A stretch of DNA of 64,000 bases from NCBI GenBank assembly GCA_965287045.1, contig OZ336882.1, positions 18,538,001 through 18,602,000 of the forward strand, in the 5' to 3' direction. Below, one piece after another: positions 1 to 13,045 of the stretch. How positions within the stretch are numbered: the first letter of the stretch is position 1; the number at the start of each line of letters is the position of its first letter. Source of the DNA: Carcharhinus amblyrhynchos. Lineage: Eukaryota. The notes below the pieces were generated by a model. That model was not told where the DNA came from, searched no databases, and was given only the letters and a program-made list of their open reading frames with translations. The position numbers and the translations under genes are program-made.

Positions 1-199
1 TCCGACTGCTTTGCCTGATCTTCTCCTACTTCCTGCTGTATGTTAAGCATCCTGTGTAGGACCAGTCCCAGAGGCTTGTTATCTGACTCGGACTTTGCAT
101 GGGTTTCTTCCCGTGATGTCATCTGAGTGTCAGCCAGCTTGGCTCTCAATGTCTCCCCCTGGTGCTGAACTATGTCCACGCGGTGACCACCAGAGTGTG

Positions 200-731
200 A
201 AAACCTGCCTGAACCCTATGATTAACCTTCTCTCCACGCACGTTGTCTACACCTTTAAGACTTCATTACCTGTAAAAGACTCGCATTCCGACCATTATCT
301 TGTAAATTGAGATTGTGTCTATGTATGCCCTGTTTGTGAACACAACTCCTCACTTACCTGAAGAAGGAACGACACTTCAGATGGAGATGGCTAGCACGAG
401 GGGACATTGCTTTAAATTGAGGGATGATAGATATAGGACAGATGTCAGAAGCAGGTTCTTTACTCAGAGAGTAGTAAGAGTGTGGAATGCCCTGCCTGCA
501 ACAGTGTGGACTCACCAACATTAAGGGCATTTAAATAGTAATTGGAGAAACATTTGGACGATATTGGAATAGTGTAGGTTAGATGGGCTTTAGATTGGTT
601 TCACAGGTCGGTGCAACATTGAAGTCCGAAGGGCCTGTACTGTGCTGTTATGTTCTATGTTCTACTCCAAAAGCTTGTCCTCAAATAAATCTGTTGGACT
701 TTAACCTGGGTATTGTGCAATTTCTTACTGA
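200..731 (+). mobile_element. Penelope-like element 3' terminal region, interrupted by a CR1 fragment at ~380-662
   Basis: cacttacctgaagaaggaacgacac...ccaaaagcttg...aaataaatctgttggactttaacctgg...tttcttactg matches the terminus also present at 34985-35041, 51160-51258 and (reverse) 55878-55970. Confidence 0.7.
380..662 (+). mobile_element. CR1 (HER1-like) LINE 3' end fragment
   Basis: Encodes TRGHCFKLRDDRYRTDVRSRFFTQRVVRVWNALP (CR1 ORF2 C-terminus) and ends in a (tatgttc)n tail. Confidence 0.9.
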
Positions 732-1057
732 CTCCATGATGTCCAGAAAATGCTGGAAGTTCATTTGAGATTGTCTTTATCCTGAAACAAATGTTTGAAG
801 CAAGGTTTTGTAAGGGAGTAAAATTCAATCTTGGCAGAGGCTTGGAACACTTAGTGTGCTGGATGAGTATTAGGATGAGTCGGGCACTGATCTGTGGTTG
901 TCCATTTTGCAACATCAATTTGTTCCCTTATGTCTCTTTATATTTTATTGTTGTGTATTGAAGAATTTATTTTGATTGTTTAACTGAGGTGGAAGTGGAA
1001 AATGTTGGTAAGGAAACTGTGAACTGTAAGGGAGATTCATTCAAAATGTACACTTGC

Positions 1058-1222
1058 AGTCCAAAGATGCATTGGACACAATAAAATTGTCCATTTGTGT
1101 CAGGGATATTAGTAGGGTAAATATATGGGGTTACAGGGATACAGCCTGGGTGGGACTGTTGTCGGTGCTGGCTCGATTGTCCAAATGGCCTCCGTCAGCA
1201 CTGTAGGGATTCTATGATTCTA
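1058..1222 (+). mobile_element. HE1-like V-SINE, 3' part
   Basis: cagtccaaagatg...ggggttacagggat...cctgggtggga...ctgtagggattctatg, as in the full copy at 23012-23318. Confidence 0.75.
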
Positions 1223-1667
1223 TTCCATCTGATTCTATCATTTTCCCTTTGTTTGTTCTGACAACTATTCGAGTTCATACCTGGCTAAAGTGTTTAAGAC
1301 TGCAAATTCAACACTTAAAACCAGAGTTCATTATCTGTCCAACCTTACTGTCAGTCACACAGTCTCCAAATCAATTTCCATTATCTCAGATGAGTTAATT
1401 TTGCTTTACGTTTGTGCCACACATTTATAATGCTTTGGCCTTAGAACAGTCCTTTCATTCTCCTTTTAACAAACAGCAGGTAACCAGGGAATGCCGTATT
1501 CTCATCTGCTCCTGTTGGCTTCATGTGCAGTTTCTCATTGTCAACTTCTGTCCATCCAGAGTACACAGTGATGAGTAGAAAAAAGATCAGCTCCATGTCA
1601 GGTTACATGATACAATGTGTAATAACACCTCGGCTAGCCTGTGAGAAAACACTTCTTTTCAGTGTGT

Positions 1668-2782
1668 TAAGTTAAAGTTTATTCGCAAGTTGGCTTACAT
1701 TAACACTGCAGTGAAGTTACTGGAAATCCTCTAGTTGCCACACTACCTGTTAGGGTACACTGAGTTACAGTTTAGCATAGCCAATGCACCTAACCAGCAC
1801 ATCTTTTGGACTGTGGGAGGGAATCAGAGCAACCGAAGGAAACCCATGCAGACATGTGGAGAACGTGCAGGCACTGCACAGACAGAACATAAGAACATAA
1901 GAAATAGGAGCAGGAGTAGGCCATCTAGCCCTTCGAGCCTGCCCCGCCATTCAATAAGATCATGGCTGATCTGTCGCTGCTCAGTTCCACATTCCCGCCC
2001 TCTCCCCATAACCCTTAATCCCCTCTCTTATCAAAAACCCATCAACCCGCGTCTTAAAAATATTTAGCGAGGCAGCCTCCACCACTTCAACGGGCATAGA
2101 ATTCCAGAGATTCACCACCCTTTGAGTGAAGAAGTTCCTCCTCAACTCCGTTCTAAACCGCCCCCCTTTTATCTTGAGGCTGTGCCCCCTAGTCCTACTG
2201 TCTTTTTTGAGCGGGAAGAGTCTTTCCACCTCTATCCTATCCATCCCATTCATCATCTTATATGTCTCAATGAGATCTCCCCTCATTCTTCTAAACTCTA
2301 ACGAGTACAAGCCCAGTTTATTCAGCCTCTCCTCATAGCTCAACCCCCTCAACTCCGGTATCAGCCTAGTAAACCTCCTCTGCACTCCCTCCAAGGCCAA
2401 AATATCTTTGCGCAGGTGCGGCGCCCAAAACTGCACACAGTACTCCAGCTGCGGCCTCACCAATGCCCTATACAGCTGCAGCAAGACCTCCCTACTTTTA
2501 TATTCAATCCCCCTCGCTATGAAGGCCAGCATCCCATTCGCCTTCCTGACCACCCGCTGCACGTGCAAGCTGGGTTTTTGCGACTCATGCACAAGGACCC
2601 CGAGGTCCCTCTGCACCGTCGCCTGCTGCAGTTTTTCGCCCCGTAAGTAATAGTCCTTCCTACCATTCTTCCTACCAAAGTGGACCACCTCACACTTGCC
2701 AACATTAAATTCCATTTTGACCCAAGCTAGGTCTTGAGCTTGGATCCCTGACACTGTGAGATAGTAGTGCTAACAGTGCCAC
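1668..2782 (-). mobile_element. V-SINE with alternative tail (tail B), split by a young CR1 insertion
   Basis: Tail and core at 1668-1885, tRNA-like head at 2718-2782; cacagacag|tgacccaagc rejoins once the CR1 is removed. Confidence 0.8.
1884..2717 (-). mobile_element. Young 5'-truncated CR1 LINE (ORF2 C-terminal part still open)
   Basis: ORF 1981..2754 (MEFNVGKCEVVHFG...RPQLEYCVQFWAP...TRGHSLKI); CpG-rich; near-identical to 42447-43096 and 48071-49260; (ttatgttc)n tail. Confidence 0.95.
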
Positions 2783-2822
2783 CTATAAAGAAGTCTCTGT
2801 TAAGCCGTATGAAAATTGCACA

Positions 2823-3160
2823 GAATCAAAGAATCCCTGCAATGCAGAAGGAGGCCGTTAAACCCATTGAGTCTGCATTGACTCTCTGAGAGCGTCCCAC
2901 CCTGTCCCATAACCCCACATATTTATTTACCCTGCTAATTTCCCTGACCTATCCATCTCTGGACACTAAGGGACAACTTAGCATGGCCCATCCACCTAAC
3001 CTACACATCTGTAGACTGTGGGAGGAACCCAGAGCACCCGGAGGAAACGCATGCAGACAAGGGGAGACTGTGCAACTCCACATAGACAGTCACGCCAAGG
3101 CTGGAATTGAACCTGAGTCCCTGGCACTGTGAGGCAGCAAAGCTAACCGCTGTGCCACTG
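2823..3160 (-). mobile_element. HE1-like V-SINE, full length
   Basis: tRNA-like head, V-core (ggtttcctccgggtgctc...cctcccacagtc) and CR1-like tail. Confidence 0.9.
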
Positions 3161-5396
3161 TACTGCTCTAGTATTGTATCCAAGAAGAATGAGTCAGTGT
3201 GCCTAACCTGGTGAATACTGTTTATCCCCATTTGCTACAAAACAGCTTAACAGGAAAGCCTTAGGATTACAAGATCACAGTGTGACTTAAGAGTGAACTA
3301 AAATGTCTGAAGTACTGAAAATGTATAAGAGACCACGATCCAGTCAGTAAGGTGGGATAATGAATGAATATTGGCTTTAAGCGCAGAATGAGACACGGTC
3401 CAGTGTACGGTGCAGATATATTACAATAATGACAATTTAGTGCAGATAGGTTTAACTGTACTCAGAACAAATTAATGTCTCTCCTCACAGAGAATCTCAC
3501 AGCAAAGCTACACTGCTGGGCTTGGTTTGATTAGACCTAAAAGGGTTGCTGACACCTTGGTTGCTTTTCACTATCCCAGGGCGACATCATTGTTAAATTT
3601 CAATTAATTTAATTTATTGCAGAAATTGTTAGGAGTTTAAGTGTATTTTTCTTTTAGCCTCGAGCTGTTGGTGCAAGAAATAGCTCTCGCGATCGTGGCA
3701 TTTATTAATATTATTTTTGAATACTATTGCAGTTTTCAAACAGAATGAATCAGGAGTCCCAAGAGGGATTAATAAATAAATCTATTTGCATTCTAATGAG
3801 AACAAATGTTTGGGGTGCATTGTCAAAATGTTAAAATGACTTGTATGTAATTATTTCTCAGCTTATTTTCAGAGAACTCATTCCCTGAACTCTTCTCAAA
3901 TTTCCAAGGAGCTCGAGTGTTTAGGATTCTGGAGAAAATGTCATTAGTGTAATTTGAACTCTTTACCACTAACTTCAACAGAAATGTTGCCGTAACACCC
4001 ACTCTGTAGTTTTTTTCTCTTTTTCTTCCTTCTTTATCTCCTCAGCAGTCGCTTTGATGTGTCCCTCAAGACGTTTTGGTGAAATCTTTCAATTTGCGCC
4101 TACTCCTTTTTAGTATTGGCTAATCACTTTGTAATTCCAAGTCAGGGTCAATTTAGGCACCTTTAGGGGACTGTTTGCATTTCTGTATGCACATCAAATA
4201 GTAGCCCTCTGCTGTTACTCATACTTCTACCCATTTATTCAGTGTGCAAAAGCAAACATTTGTTTCGCTGTGAATGTTATTGCCCAGCATGGGATTTATC
4301 TGTGCAAGTGAAGTTTTTCATTAGTAATTCCATGTTGTTAATGGACTAGGCAGTCTTTCCTTTGGTGAAGCAACAGACCGTCTTACTCAGAACAGCAGAT
4401 TTGCTGGTTGCTTGCAGGACACCAGCCTTCAAGGCAAATATGACGAGATCTGTGGCTTTCTCTAAATTATCAAAAATAGGTCATCATTCATTGTTTTTTT
4501 TAATGATATTGATGCTTGATCATGAGGGAAAACCCACCCAAAAGTGAACTGAAGAAGGCAAAGAAGTTGGTTTAAAAAAAAGTCACTTCAGAGATTAAGT
4601 AATTTTAAATCTTGGAAATCTGAAAAGGAAATGAAAAATCCTGGGAGTACACAGAATAAAACATCTTTTATATTGTCTTCTTCCACATATTGATCATTAC
4701 AGTTTGCTTATCAGTGTTATAAGTCGATGAATGATGCTGTTCTGACCTTGGTCATCTGACCAACTGCACACAGATAGTTTAGGCAACCATATTTGTGTGA
4801 CCTTTGTTGATTTTTCTTCAGCTTTTAACCATTCAACCTTATTGAGGATCTGAAATATCTTGATGTCAGTCTTACTTCCGGATTTTGGATCAGTGGTTTC
4901 CTTCTTAAGAGAACTCAATGGGTGTTAATTTCTGGGGTTAACTTGGAGCCCGTGTTAACGGAGACTGGATCTCCTTGGAGTTGTGTATTGTCACATCTAC
5001 TTTTCATCGTCTAGATGAATGATTGGAGAGCAGAGCTCAATGACATAACTATCCAAAATATGCTGATGGAATGGTACTTGTGGGTCTCTTAAGGAAGCAA
5101 TAGGGACTCTGGAAAAATCCGTAAAATGGCACAATGGCACCATTAGTACAGATCTTAGGAAAAAGCCAGTTAATGATACTGTTCTGGTGAAAATGTATGA
5201 TGTGGGCATTGAAGAAATCAGCGCCGCAAGTATTTAAGTATTAAAGTAGATGATGAATTGAATTGGAAGAAATAGTGTACAAATGTCCTCGCCAAAGGTC
5301 ATACAAAATTTGGAAATAATTATACTACCTCAGAAAATTAAAACCTTTTTGAATAATTCCCACAATAATGAAACTCTTTTATAAAGCTTGATGCAG

Positions 5397-5535
5397 AGGT
5401 GGTGGTGTAGTGGTATTGTCAATGGATTTGTAATCCAGATACGCAAATGCTCTGGGGCACCCAGGTCCAAATCCCACCATTCAATAAAAATCTGAAATTT
5501 AAAGGTTGAACGTTGACCATGAAACCATTGTTCCT
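5397..5535 (+). mobile_element. Partial tRNA-like head of the family seen at 59571
   Basis: ggtggtgtagtggtattgtc...taatccaga...ccaggtccaaatcccacca...gaccatgaaaccattg. Confidence 0.7.
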
Positions 5536-5632
5536 GAATCAGGTCGGAAGGGTATTTGATGAAATTTGCTCTTGAGGACTTTTGATGAATGTAAGGAGTA
5601 TCATGAACAATGATAACCACTCTTTGTCTCAG

Positions 5633-5676
5633 AATTACTATTGGGTGCCTTCGGGGAAATGGATGTAATCCCTCAG
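5633..5676 (+). CDS. Weak candidate internal exon (LLLGAFGEMDVIPQ)
   Basis: ctctttgtctcag acceptor and cag|gtacag donor; ends in phase 0, compatible with 8278-8361; no homology recognised. Confidence 0.15.
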
Positions 5677-5788
5677 GTACAGGGCAACTCGGTTTCTAAA
5701 CTTGTTTGTGCTCTTCTCAGCAAAAGCTTTTTACAGGAGTTTGATGGATGCATGAGGATATGCACTCAAAATGTGACTGACTATTTTC

Positions 5789-6047
5789 TTGATTTGACTT
5801 ATTATTGTCACATGTATTAATATACAGTGAAAAGTATTGTTCCTTGCATGCTATATGGACAAAGCATACCGTACATAGAGGAGGAAACGAGAGAGTGCAG
5901 AGAGTAGTGTTACAATCATAGGTAGGGTGTAGAGAAAGATCAATTTAATGCAAGGTAGGTTCATTCAGAAGCCTGATGGCAGCAGGGAAGCAGCTGTTCT
6001 TGAGTCAGCCGGTACATAACCTCAGACTTTTGTGTCTTTTTCCCTGA
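5789..6047 (-). mobile_element. Rex1/Babar-like LINE 3' end
   Basis: (aaatc)n-type tail and NSCFPAAIRLLN-like ORF end shared with 21150-21563, 29324-29813 and 36378-36763. Confidence 0.8.
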
Positions 6048-6879
6048 TTTTAATGTATTTGAATAGTTTATAATACATTCCAAGTAAACCTAGACCTCTG
6101 TGATGGGGTAATTTTCTCTTTTTTTCTGTTATTATTCATTTATATGTAATTATTGAATGAACGAGCAATGCATTTAAATGAATTTTCATATGGGCAATGA
6201 AGTGAAATTGAAATCAAAACAACTTATCATTTGTAAAAAGAAAAAGAATGATCCTGATGGAAGGTTTGTACTCAGAACAACAACATTACTGTCTTTTCTC
6301 TTTACAAATGACCTGTTATGCATTACTTGTTTTAATCCCACTTGGTAAATAGACAGGGTGAGGTTACGGCATTTTCTTGAACTGTTGGGTTTGGCAACAT
6401 TAAGTTTGCCTCCATGTGGCTAAAGACAATTTTCAAATCCCATTGCTATTATTGTAATCCCCTACTATCAGTATCCTTGTCCCAGGAAAATGGGGTGCAG
6501 ATGGTGCCAAACACTATGGCCCACGGCTCGCGAGAACCTAGAACTAGTCGGGGTGGGGGGTGGCACTAATGAGGGCCTGAAGTTTTTATTCTAAACATTG
6601 CTGTACCCCAGCCTGAACAGCCAGAGACTGAGCTTCAGATCTAAAAGACTGGCCTTTAAAATGGACTGGAACCTTTAGGCTGAGTTTTTTTTTTATAGAG
6701 CTTGTCTGTCAGGTCAATTTCACGAGTTGCTGTGCTGCTGCTTCCGACCTTTGGGTAGATTCATGGTTCTGATTTTTGGTTACAAGCCTACCAGAAATCA
6801 CAAAGCTGCCTGAGGTCAGCAGCACAGAACTAAGAGGGTTCGTGCTTGATGAATGCTGTCAAATCTCTGTTTTAGAGCC

Positions 6880-7190
6880 AATTGATGCTAGGATGTTGGG
6901 GAGATGGTCGCAGGGACGGTTGAGGTGTGATGGAGTGGTGGGGTAGATTTGAGTGTACTCGAGTGGTGAGGACATGTTGGTGGTGTTGGATGGGTATGAG
7001 CAGCTTGGAGAGTGCTTGAGGGTGAGGGCAGTGAAGGGTAGTTTGGGGGTAGTTGGAGGTGTGAGAGAGTTTTGCTGTATTTTGGAGGGTGAGAGATGTT
7101 GGGGTGTGCTAGAGGGTTTAGGGAGATTAGGGATGGCAGAGGAGTGGAGGGGTGGGTGAGACTGGGGGGGTATTAGAACAATGGGGGAGA
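6880..7190. repeat. G-rich low-complexity tract
   Basis: Many ggg/gag/gtg runs; produces spurious Pro-rich and Gly-rich ORFs. Confidence 0.7.
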
Positions 7191-8277
7191 ATTTTTTTTT
7201 ATTCAATCATTGGACATGGACATCGCTGGCTGGCCAGTGTTTATTGACCATCCTTCGATTAGGGGTTGTTGACAGCTGGATGGTAGAGGTGGCTTGGCGA
7301 GTGGTTATGAGGTGTGCGGCAGGGATAGAAGGTACAGCACTCTTTTTGATGCTAAGATTTCTTATTTATTGCTTACATTTTACCATTTTATGCTACAAAG
7401 TCACAATACAAAACAGAAATCTGGGGGAAGGAGAAACAACACACTTCTTGAGTAAAGGCCATACTACATTTATGTACTTTCTATCATTCTTCTCTGAAGA
7501 AATCAATCAGCAATTCAACCTGCTGTTCATTTTTCCAAAGTTGCTGTTAGATGTCTGATTGGCAATTCCTAGTATCATTATCATAAAAGGAACAGATACC
7601 ATTTATGATGTATTTTGGGTTGGCAACAGATAAATCAGAATGGTCAGGTTGTATTAGCTACAGAGCTAAACTATTTTGTAAATGTAGTGATCTTTTTGTA
7701 GCCACTCCCCTAACATGAGTTGATTATTCTGTGATAACTTATCCTTCGAGCCTTAGCATTGGGCTTCCAATTTCACCATTGTGACAATCTATCTGCTTAC
7801 TGCATGCATGAAAGAAAGACGAAACCTACATCCATATGGCACCTTTTGTGATGCCTCAACTCATTTTATAGCTAATTCTTTGAGTCACAATCCCTGCTAT
7901 AATGTGGGTAATGGTATCTAATGGGTTGAGCAGGTTATAGGAGTTGAATGTCTTATCCCGAATTAGTATGTAATTCTGGATGGATGAAATGAGCTGGGTT
8001 ATAAAGCTTTTGCCATCCATAATGAACTTGTGAACATAAGGTGGAATCATGGCTGGAGTTCTATTTATTTTATTGCCAATGGATGTTTACTGTGAGCAGG
8101 TTTTGTGGAGTGAAATTGACAGGGCAGGGATGTGTAATAGGCTCATTGTGAATCAGTGAATTGATTTTATCCTGCATATAATTCTCAAGAGTCTTTTCCA
8201 TTGACTTCAATCTTGTCCTTTTGTTTACTTATCTATTATTCCACTCTAACTTGGTGCATTTATGAGTCTTTTTTTAG

Positions 8278-8361
8278 GAATTGAGATATGATAGTGCTGT
8301 ATTGCAGATATTGAGAGTATATTTTAGTGAGGAAAAGCAATCGACAGAATCCTCAAACCTG
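8278..8361 (+). CDS. Candidate internal exon (ELRYDSAVLQILRVYFSEEKQSTESSNL) of an unidentified gene
   Basis: Branch-like ctctaac at 8244-8250, tctttttttag acceptor, CTG|gtaagc donor; 84 nt, open in phase 0-0, in non-repetitive sequence. Confidence 0.35.
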
Positions 8362-9012
8362 GTAAGCAGTCTGTGTCCTCTGGCCTCTTAGATTTGTGTT
8401 GCACAGAGATACCTGAGGACTCCAGTGCTTCTCACTGACAATTATTCCACATAGTTGCTCAGAAGTCATTTGATCTTTCTACACTGTGAAATTATTGATA
8501 AAATGGAAGCCATTTTAGTCTCTTCGATGACATAATTATATTGAATAATGAAATGCACCCAGGCAGGAGAAAGTATTTTCATTCTTCTACAAAATGGAAA
8601 ATATCTTGTGCAGTTTATTTGGATTACTCCTTCTCATAAATATGAATTTAATGTTACCATGCTCATATGGTGCAATGTGCAAACATATTAATGAGGGCTA
8701 AGGAAGTAATCAAAATCTATGTTAATGTATGCACAACACAAATCTGTGTTATTGTCTACACATAAGTAACCAATGGATTATTTTCCTGTCAAATTGATAA
8801 TATTACATAATGTTAAAGGAAAATTTATACTCTTTGGCTTGTTTCACTTATCGGACACAAACTAACATTGCATTTTAATATCACTGTTCTTAACATTCAT
8901 AAGCCATGCTCTATAAAACATGGACAATATTGCCAACTCAATGGACGTCATCATTTTGCTTTCTGTGATTGTTGAAATCCTTTAATCATAGAATCCTCCA
9001 TTAACTGACTCA

Positions 9013-9142
9013 TTGGGTGAGATTTTCTGGCCACACTCGCCTCAAGACGCTAAAATCCCGCCTGAGGTCAATGGACTTTTTCAACAGCTCGTCCCACCCA
9101 TTACAATTCCCAATACGGGTGGGATAGGGAAATTCCACCCAT
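9013..9142. mobile_element. Short MITE-like element with imperfect terminal inverted repeats (possibly PIF/Harbinger-derived)
   Basis: gggtgagatttt...aaattccaccc ends; related copy in opposite orientation at 36907-37031 and a similar element at 26775-26885. Confidence 0.55.
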
Positions 9143-9755
9143 TGTTACGAGTCGGTTACAATATTCTCTTGCTGACACCGAACAATTACATGCCTCCTAT
9201 CCCTCACACAATCTGTCTGAATTTGGGAATTAACTGGTTTGGTTATCGCTTCTACAAAACTCAGATCATGTTGCAGTTAAATGCACAGATGGGTTTTGTT
9301 TTAGCTGTCCCTAATGGTATGAGATGTGGCCAGTCCCATGATGGTGATCTCTGGTAATCTCAATGCAAATTAAGGATGGTTGTTAAAAGGCATAAATTAT
9401 ATCAATATTGTCACTTGGTCATTAGAGTAACCTTCACATGAAGTGAGCATTTATGTTAATGGTGATCAGAGTCCTGCATTAACTCAGAAACTAGTACCAA
9501 TCCGAGGATCACTGTGTAGAAATTCCACTGTTGCAATAGAGTATGATTTAGTTCCTGTACTTTATATCTCCTTACTGATTCCATTCCAAATGTTGATGTT
9601 TTAACTGTAAAAATCAATGGGAGAGGTCAGTTTAAAATGAAAAGCAAGATTTTATGAAGTACATAGGATCCTTTTCACTATTAAAGAATATTGCTGGAGG
9701 GACTGGTTGCTGCTGCAGGTGCTCCATCCGGATTTCTGTCAATTTATTTTTATAG

Positions 9756-9794
9756 GTCCCAGAGGAACTGGAGTACTCGACGAATTCAGCATGA
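9756..9794 (+). CDS. Candidate terminal coding exon (VPEELEYSTNSA*)
   Basis: aatttatttttatag acceptor; phase 0 compatible with 8278-8361; stop at 9792-9794. Confidence 0.25.
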   Translation, partial: VPEELEYSTNSA

Positions 9795-10027
9795 ACCACC
9801 TCTGCTCTGATCCCATTTCCCCCGTTCCCCATCTTGACATCAAACTCCTGGTCCAGAAGCTGTCAGGTCACCATGCTTGGCCGTTTCTCTGTCCGCAGCC
9901 CACCAAACAAATGCAAATGAAGCTCAACCCACAGACTGGACAGAACCTCCTGTTGGAAACATTGAGAAAGCACCTGCCCTATCCCACCTACCCTGAAGTT
10001 CACACCAGGGAATATCTTTATCTATTT

Positions 10028-10372
10028 AGAATCATAGAATCCTTACGATGCAGAAGGACGTCATCGAATCTGCACTCACTCTCTAACAGAGTGTCTGCCC
10101 CAGGCCCTCTCCCCCACCCAAACCCATAACCTCTGCACATTCACCACGACTAATCCATCTAACTTGCACATCTTGGGGCACTAAGGGGCAATTTAGCGAG
10201 GCCAATCCACTTAACCTGTGCATGTTTGGACTGTGGGAAGAAACCGGAGCAACGAGAGAAATCCCACACAGACATGGGAAAAGTGTGCAAACACTACACA
10301 GTCACTCAAGGCTGGAATTGACCCTGGGTCCCAGGTGCTGTAAGGTAGCAGTGCTAACCACTGTGCCACCAT
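10028..10372 (-). mobile_element. HE1-like V-SINE
   Basis: Head, V-core and CR1-like tail ending gattctatgattct. Confidence 0.9.
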
Positions 10373-11346
10373 GCCATCAGATCTACCCCAATGAGTCTAG
10401 GAAGCAGTGCTGGATGCTGCATTATTTTCTCCACCTCCTCTTGGGCTTTTGGCAGTCACACTATACTGTCGAACTTAATTCAAATGTAAAATCTCCACTG
10501 GAGCTGCAGTTTAACATTGTCCTTGTGCCTGTTTCTTTTTCCACCATCTTTCGCACCATTCTTGTCACCATCTCTGGCCGACTGTGACGTCCTTATTTGA
10601 AACAGGTACAGCACGGTTCACTGTTCCAATGTTATGTAGCTTTTACTGATACTAAAACCAATGGCTGCATGCAGCCACTCAAGATACAGAATGAAGTGTT
10701 GCTAGGATGTTAAGTCCTCAGTAAAAGATCGTGATCAGAGTAGAATTACAGGAGCTGCTGGCATTTAACCCAGGCTGATATGTCTTCACCGCTATTACAG
10801 GAGCTGCCAGTTACACCTGAATATTTAATGACAATCCAAAATGTCTGTTTGATGCTGCTGTAGGTGAGATACTCGACTTGACAAATGGGTAAAACATCAG
10901 TCACTGCAGCCAGGGCTTTTTTGCTAGCATGCTGGTCTGCCCACCGTCCCCTACCATTCATGGGCTAACGAGCACTCAGCAGGAAACCACAACGTGCTTC
11001 TTATGCTTGTCAAACTCTTCTTCATATAGTGTTGTCATCTGGAACACTGTAGTGTGTGTGCGGCGTTATCTGACAGTTACTGAACCAGGTCACTGGAGCA
11101 TTCATTCAGCCGCACTGACTATCCTTGATGGATTGGCACAGATTTTCCAGGTGTTTCTTATGCTCTCCGCAGGGCTGAGTCGCTGCAATATACACCTTTG
11201 TTAGAGATCATTGGGTGCACCCTGTTATGCTACTGTACATTTTTCTATTTCAATAAATACAGAGACATTGGATTATTGTTAAAGAACAGTGATTGCCATT
11301 GACGCCTCTTGAAACCCTGGTATGCTTAAAAATATTGATTGTATGT

Positions 11347-11684
11347 AGAATCATAGAACCTTACAGTGCAGAAAGAGACCCATCGAGTCTGCATCAAATA
11401 CAATCCCACCCAGGCCTACCCCTATATCCCTACATATCTAATCCCCACTAATCCTTCTCGTTTCCATTACCCTGGACGCTAAGGGGCAATTTCTTAGCAT
11501 GGCTGATCAACCTAATCCGCACATCTTTGGACTGTGAGAGGAAACCGGAGTACCTGGAGGAAACCCACGCAGACATGAGGAGAATGTGCAAACTCCACAC
11601 AGACAGTGACCCGAGCCAAGAATCGAACCCAGGACACTGGAGCTGCGAAGCAGCAGTGCTAACCACTGTGCTACCGTGCCGCCC
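11347..11684 (-). mobile_element. HE1-like V-SINE, full length
   Basis: Minus strand begins gggcggcacggtagcacagtggttagcactgctg; has B-box ggttcgattc, V-core and tail. Confidence 0.92.
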
Positions 11685-12167
11685 ATGATATCTGGCGCAT
11701 CATCTTTCGTTGATGTTGATGGAACTTGCTCAGAGGGATTTTCTGCTGGCTTTTGCCACAAGTGAAAATGGTGGGGCCGACAAAAAACCCCGTGAGACTG
11801 CGGGAACAAGAAGTTCGGCAGCAAAATCTTATTATGAGATTTTCCCTGCCCCTCCCCCTCACATGCACATTATTTGACTTCATTTAAATAAATTTAAATG
11901 TATTTAATGAGCTTTCCCGCCATATGATTCCACCTACCTCCCTCCTGCCCCCGCTGTGGGCAGGGAATTCCTCTCTTTTCCCAATGTGATGTAAAGTTGA
12001 CGAGGTTTATGGCATTGAAAAGCGGGAAGTAATTGAAGAGAAATTGCTGTCAATGCAATGGTTCAGTGGGTGGGGAGAGAGGGACATCTCCAGGTACTGC
12101 CCCGACACTGCCCCCAGCACTCATGTGCACCCTCTCTAGGGAGCCCCATTGAGTGGGTTGCCATTAT

Positions 12168-12275
12168 TTTGCCTCAATGCTTGTTGGGAGGGTTTGCCCC
12201 AGTACTTCAATGCTTGTGGATCCTCGGGGGAGGGGTGGTGTTGCCTCAATGCTTGTTGAGTGGTTTGCCCCACTG
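12168..12275. repeat. Short diverged tandem repeat (tcaatgcttgt three times)
   Basis: ttgcctcaatgcttgttg...gtttgcccca occurs twice, with a partial copy in between. Confidence 0.6.
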
Positions 12276-12712
12276 AGTCCCCTGTGTCCATGATAAAGAG
12301 GTAGCATTGTTCAATATTGGAGATCAGTTGGAGATGGTTTTGCTGACTCTATCAGGCCCCATTCCTCTGGCAGGAAGATGGCAGAAACCATGCATCTAGA
12401 TTTTCTGTGCACAGAGTGCCAGAGAATCTGGACAGAAAACTCAGCTGTGCAGCTGGAGAGCTGCACGTCAACCTTCCAGCCCCAATCCGTGCAAAGCACA
12501 TAAAAATCATCACATTCCACCAGTGACAAAGGCTTGCATCGTTATTGCGAAGAATTACCATTTCACTTTGCATGTCAGATCCTGTCCAAAAGTAATCAGC
12601 TGTATTGTAAAAACAAAAAGTATCACTTTTAAAATGTATTCCATGTATAATGGCTCCTTTCACTTAGTAAAATAAGAAAAACTTATCATTTTTAACTTTT
12701 TTTTAATCCTTT

Positions 12713-13045
12713 CATAGGATGTGAGTGTTGTTGACTAGGCCAGCATTTATTGCACATCCCTAATTGCTCTTGAGAATGTGCTATTCAACTGCCTTCTTGA
12801 ACTACTGCAGTCCCATGTGGTGTCATTCCATCCACAATGCTGTTAGAGAGTCACAGGATTTTGTCCCAGCGACCATAAAGGAACGACAATATAGTTCGAA
12901 ATCAGGATGGTGTGTGGCTTGCACGGTGAGTTGCAGATGGTTGTGGCTGTTCCCATGAACCTGGTGCCCTTGTCCTTCGAGGTGGAAGAAGTCAAATATT
13001 TGGAAGGTGCTGTCAAAGGAGGCTTGACAAGTTGCTGTGGTGCAC
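12713..13045 (-). mobile_element. 3' end of the CR1-group LINE family with the tRNA-like head
   Basis: Minus-strand tail agagcaattagggatgtgcaataaatgctggcc...cacatcctatgaa, shared with 39770-40390 and 47585-47660. Confidence 0.8.

Noticed and set aside
1981-2754. 257 aa ORF
   Set aside because: CR1 ORF2 C-terminus kept open because the insertion is young; the start comes from flanking SINE sequence.
5016-5240. Acceptor-like site followed by MNDWRAELNDITIQNMLMEW and a second open frame
   Set aside because: The frames cannot be joined without an implausibly short intron, and no homology is recognised.
6859-7206. Pro/Ser/Thr-rich ORF
   Set aside because: Antisense reading of a G-rich low-complexity tract.
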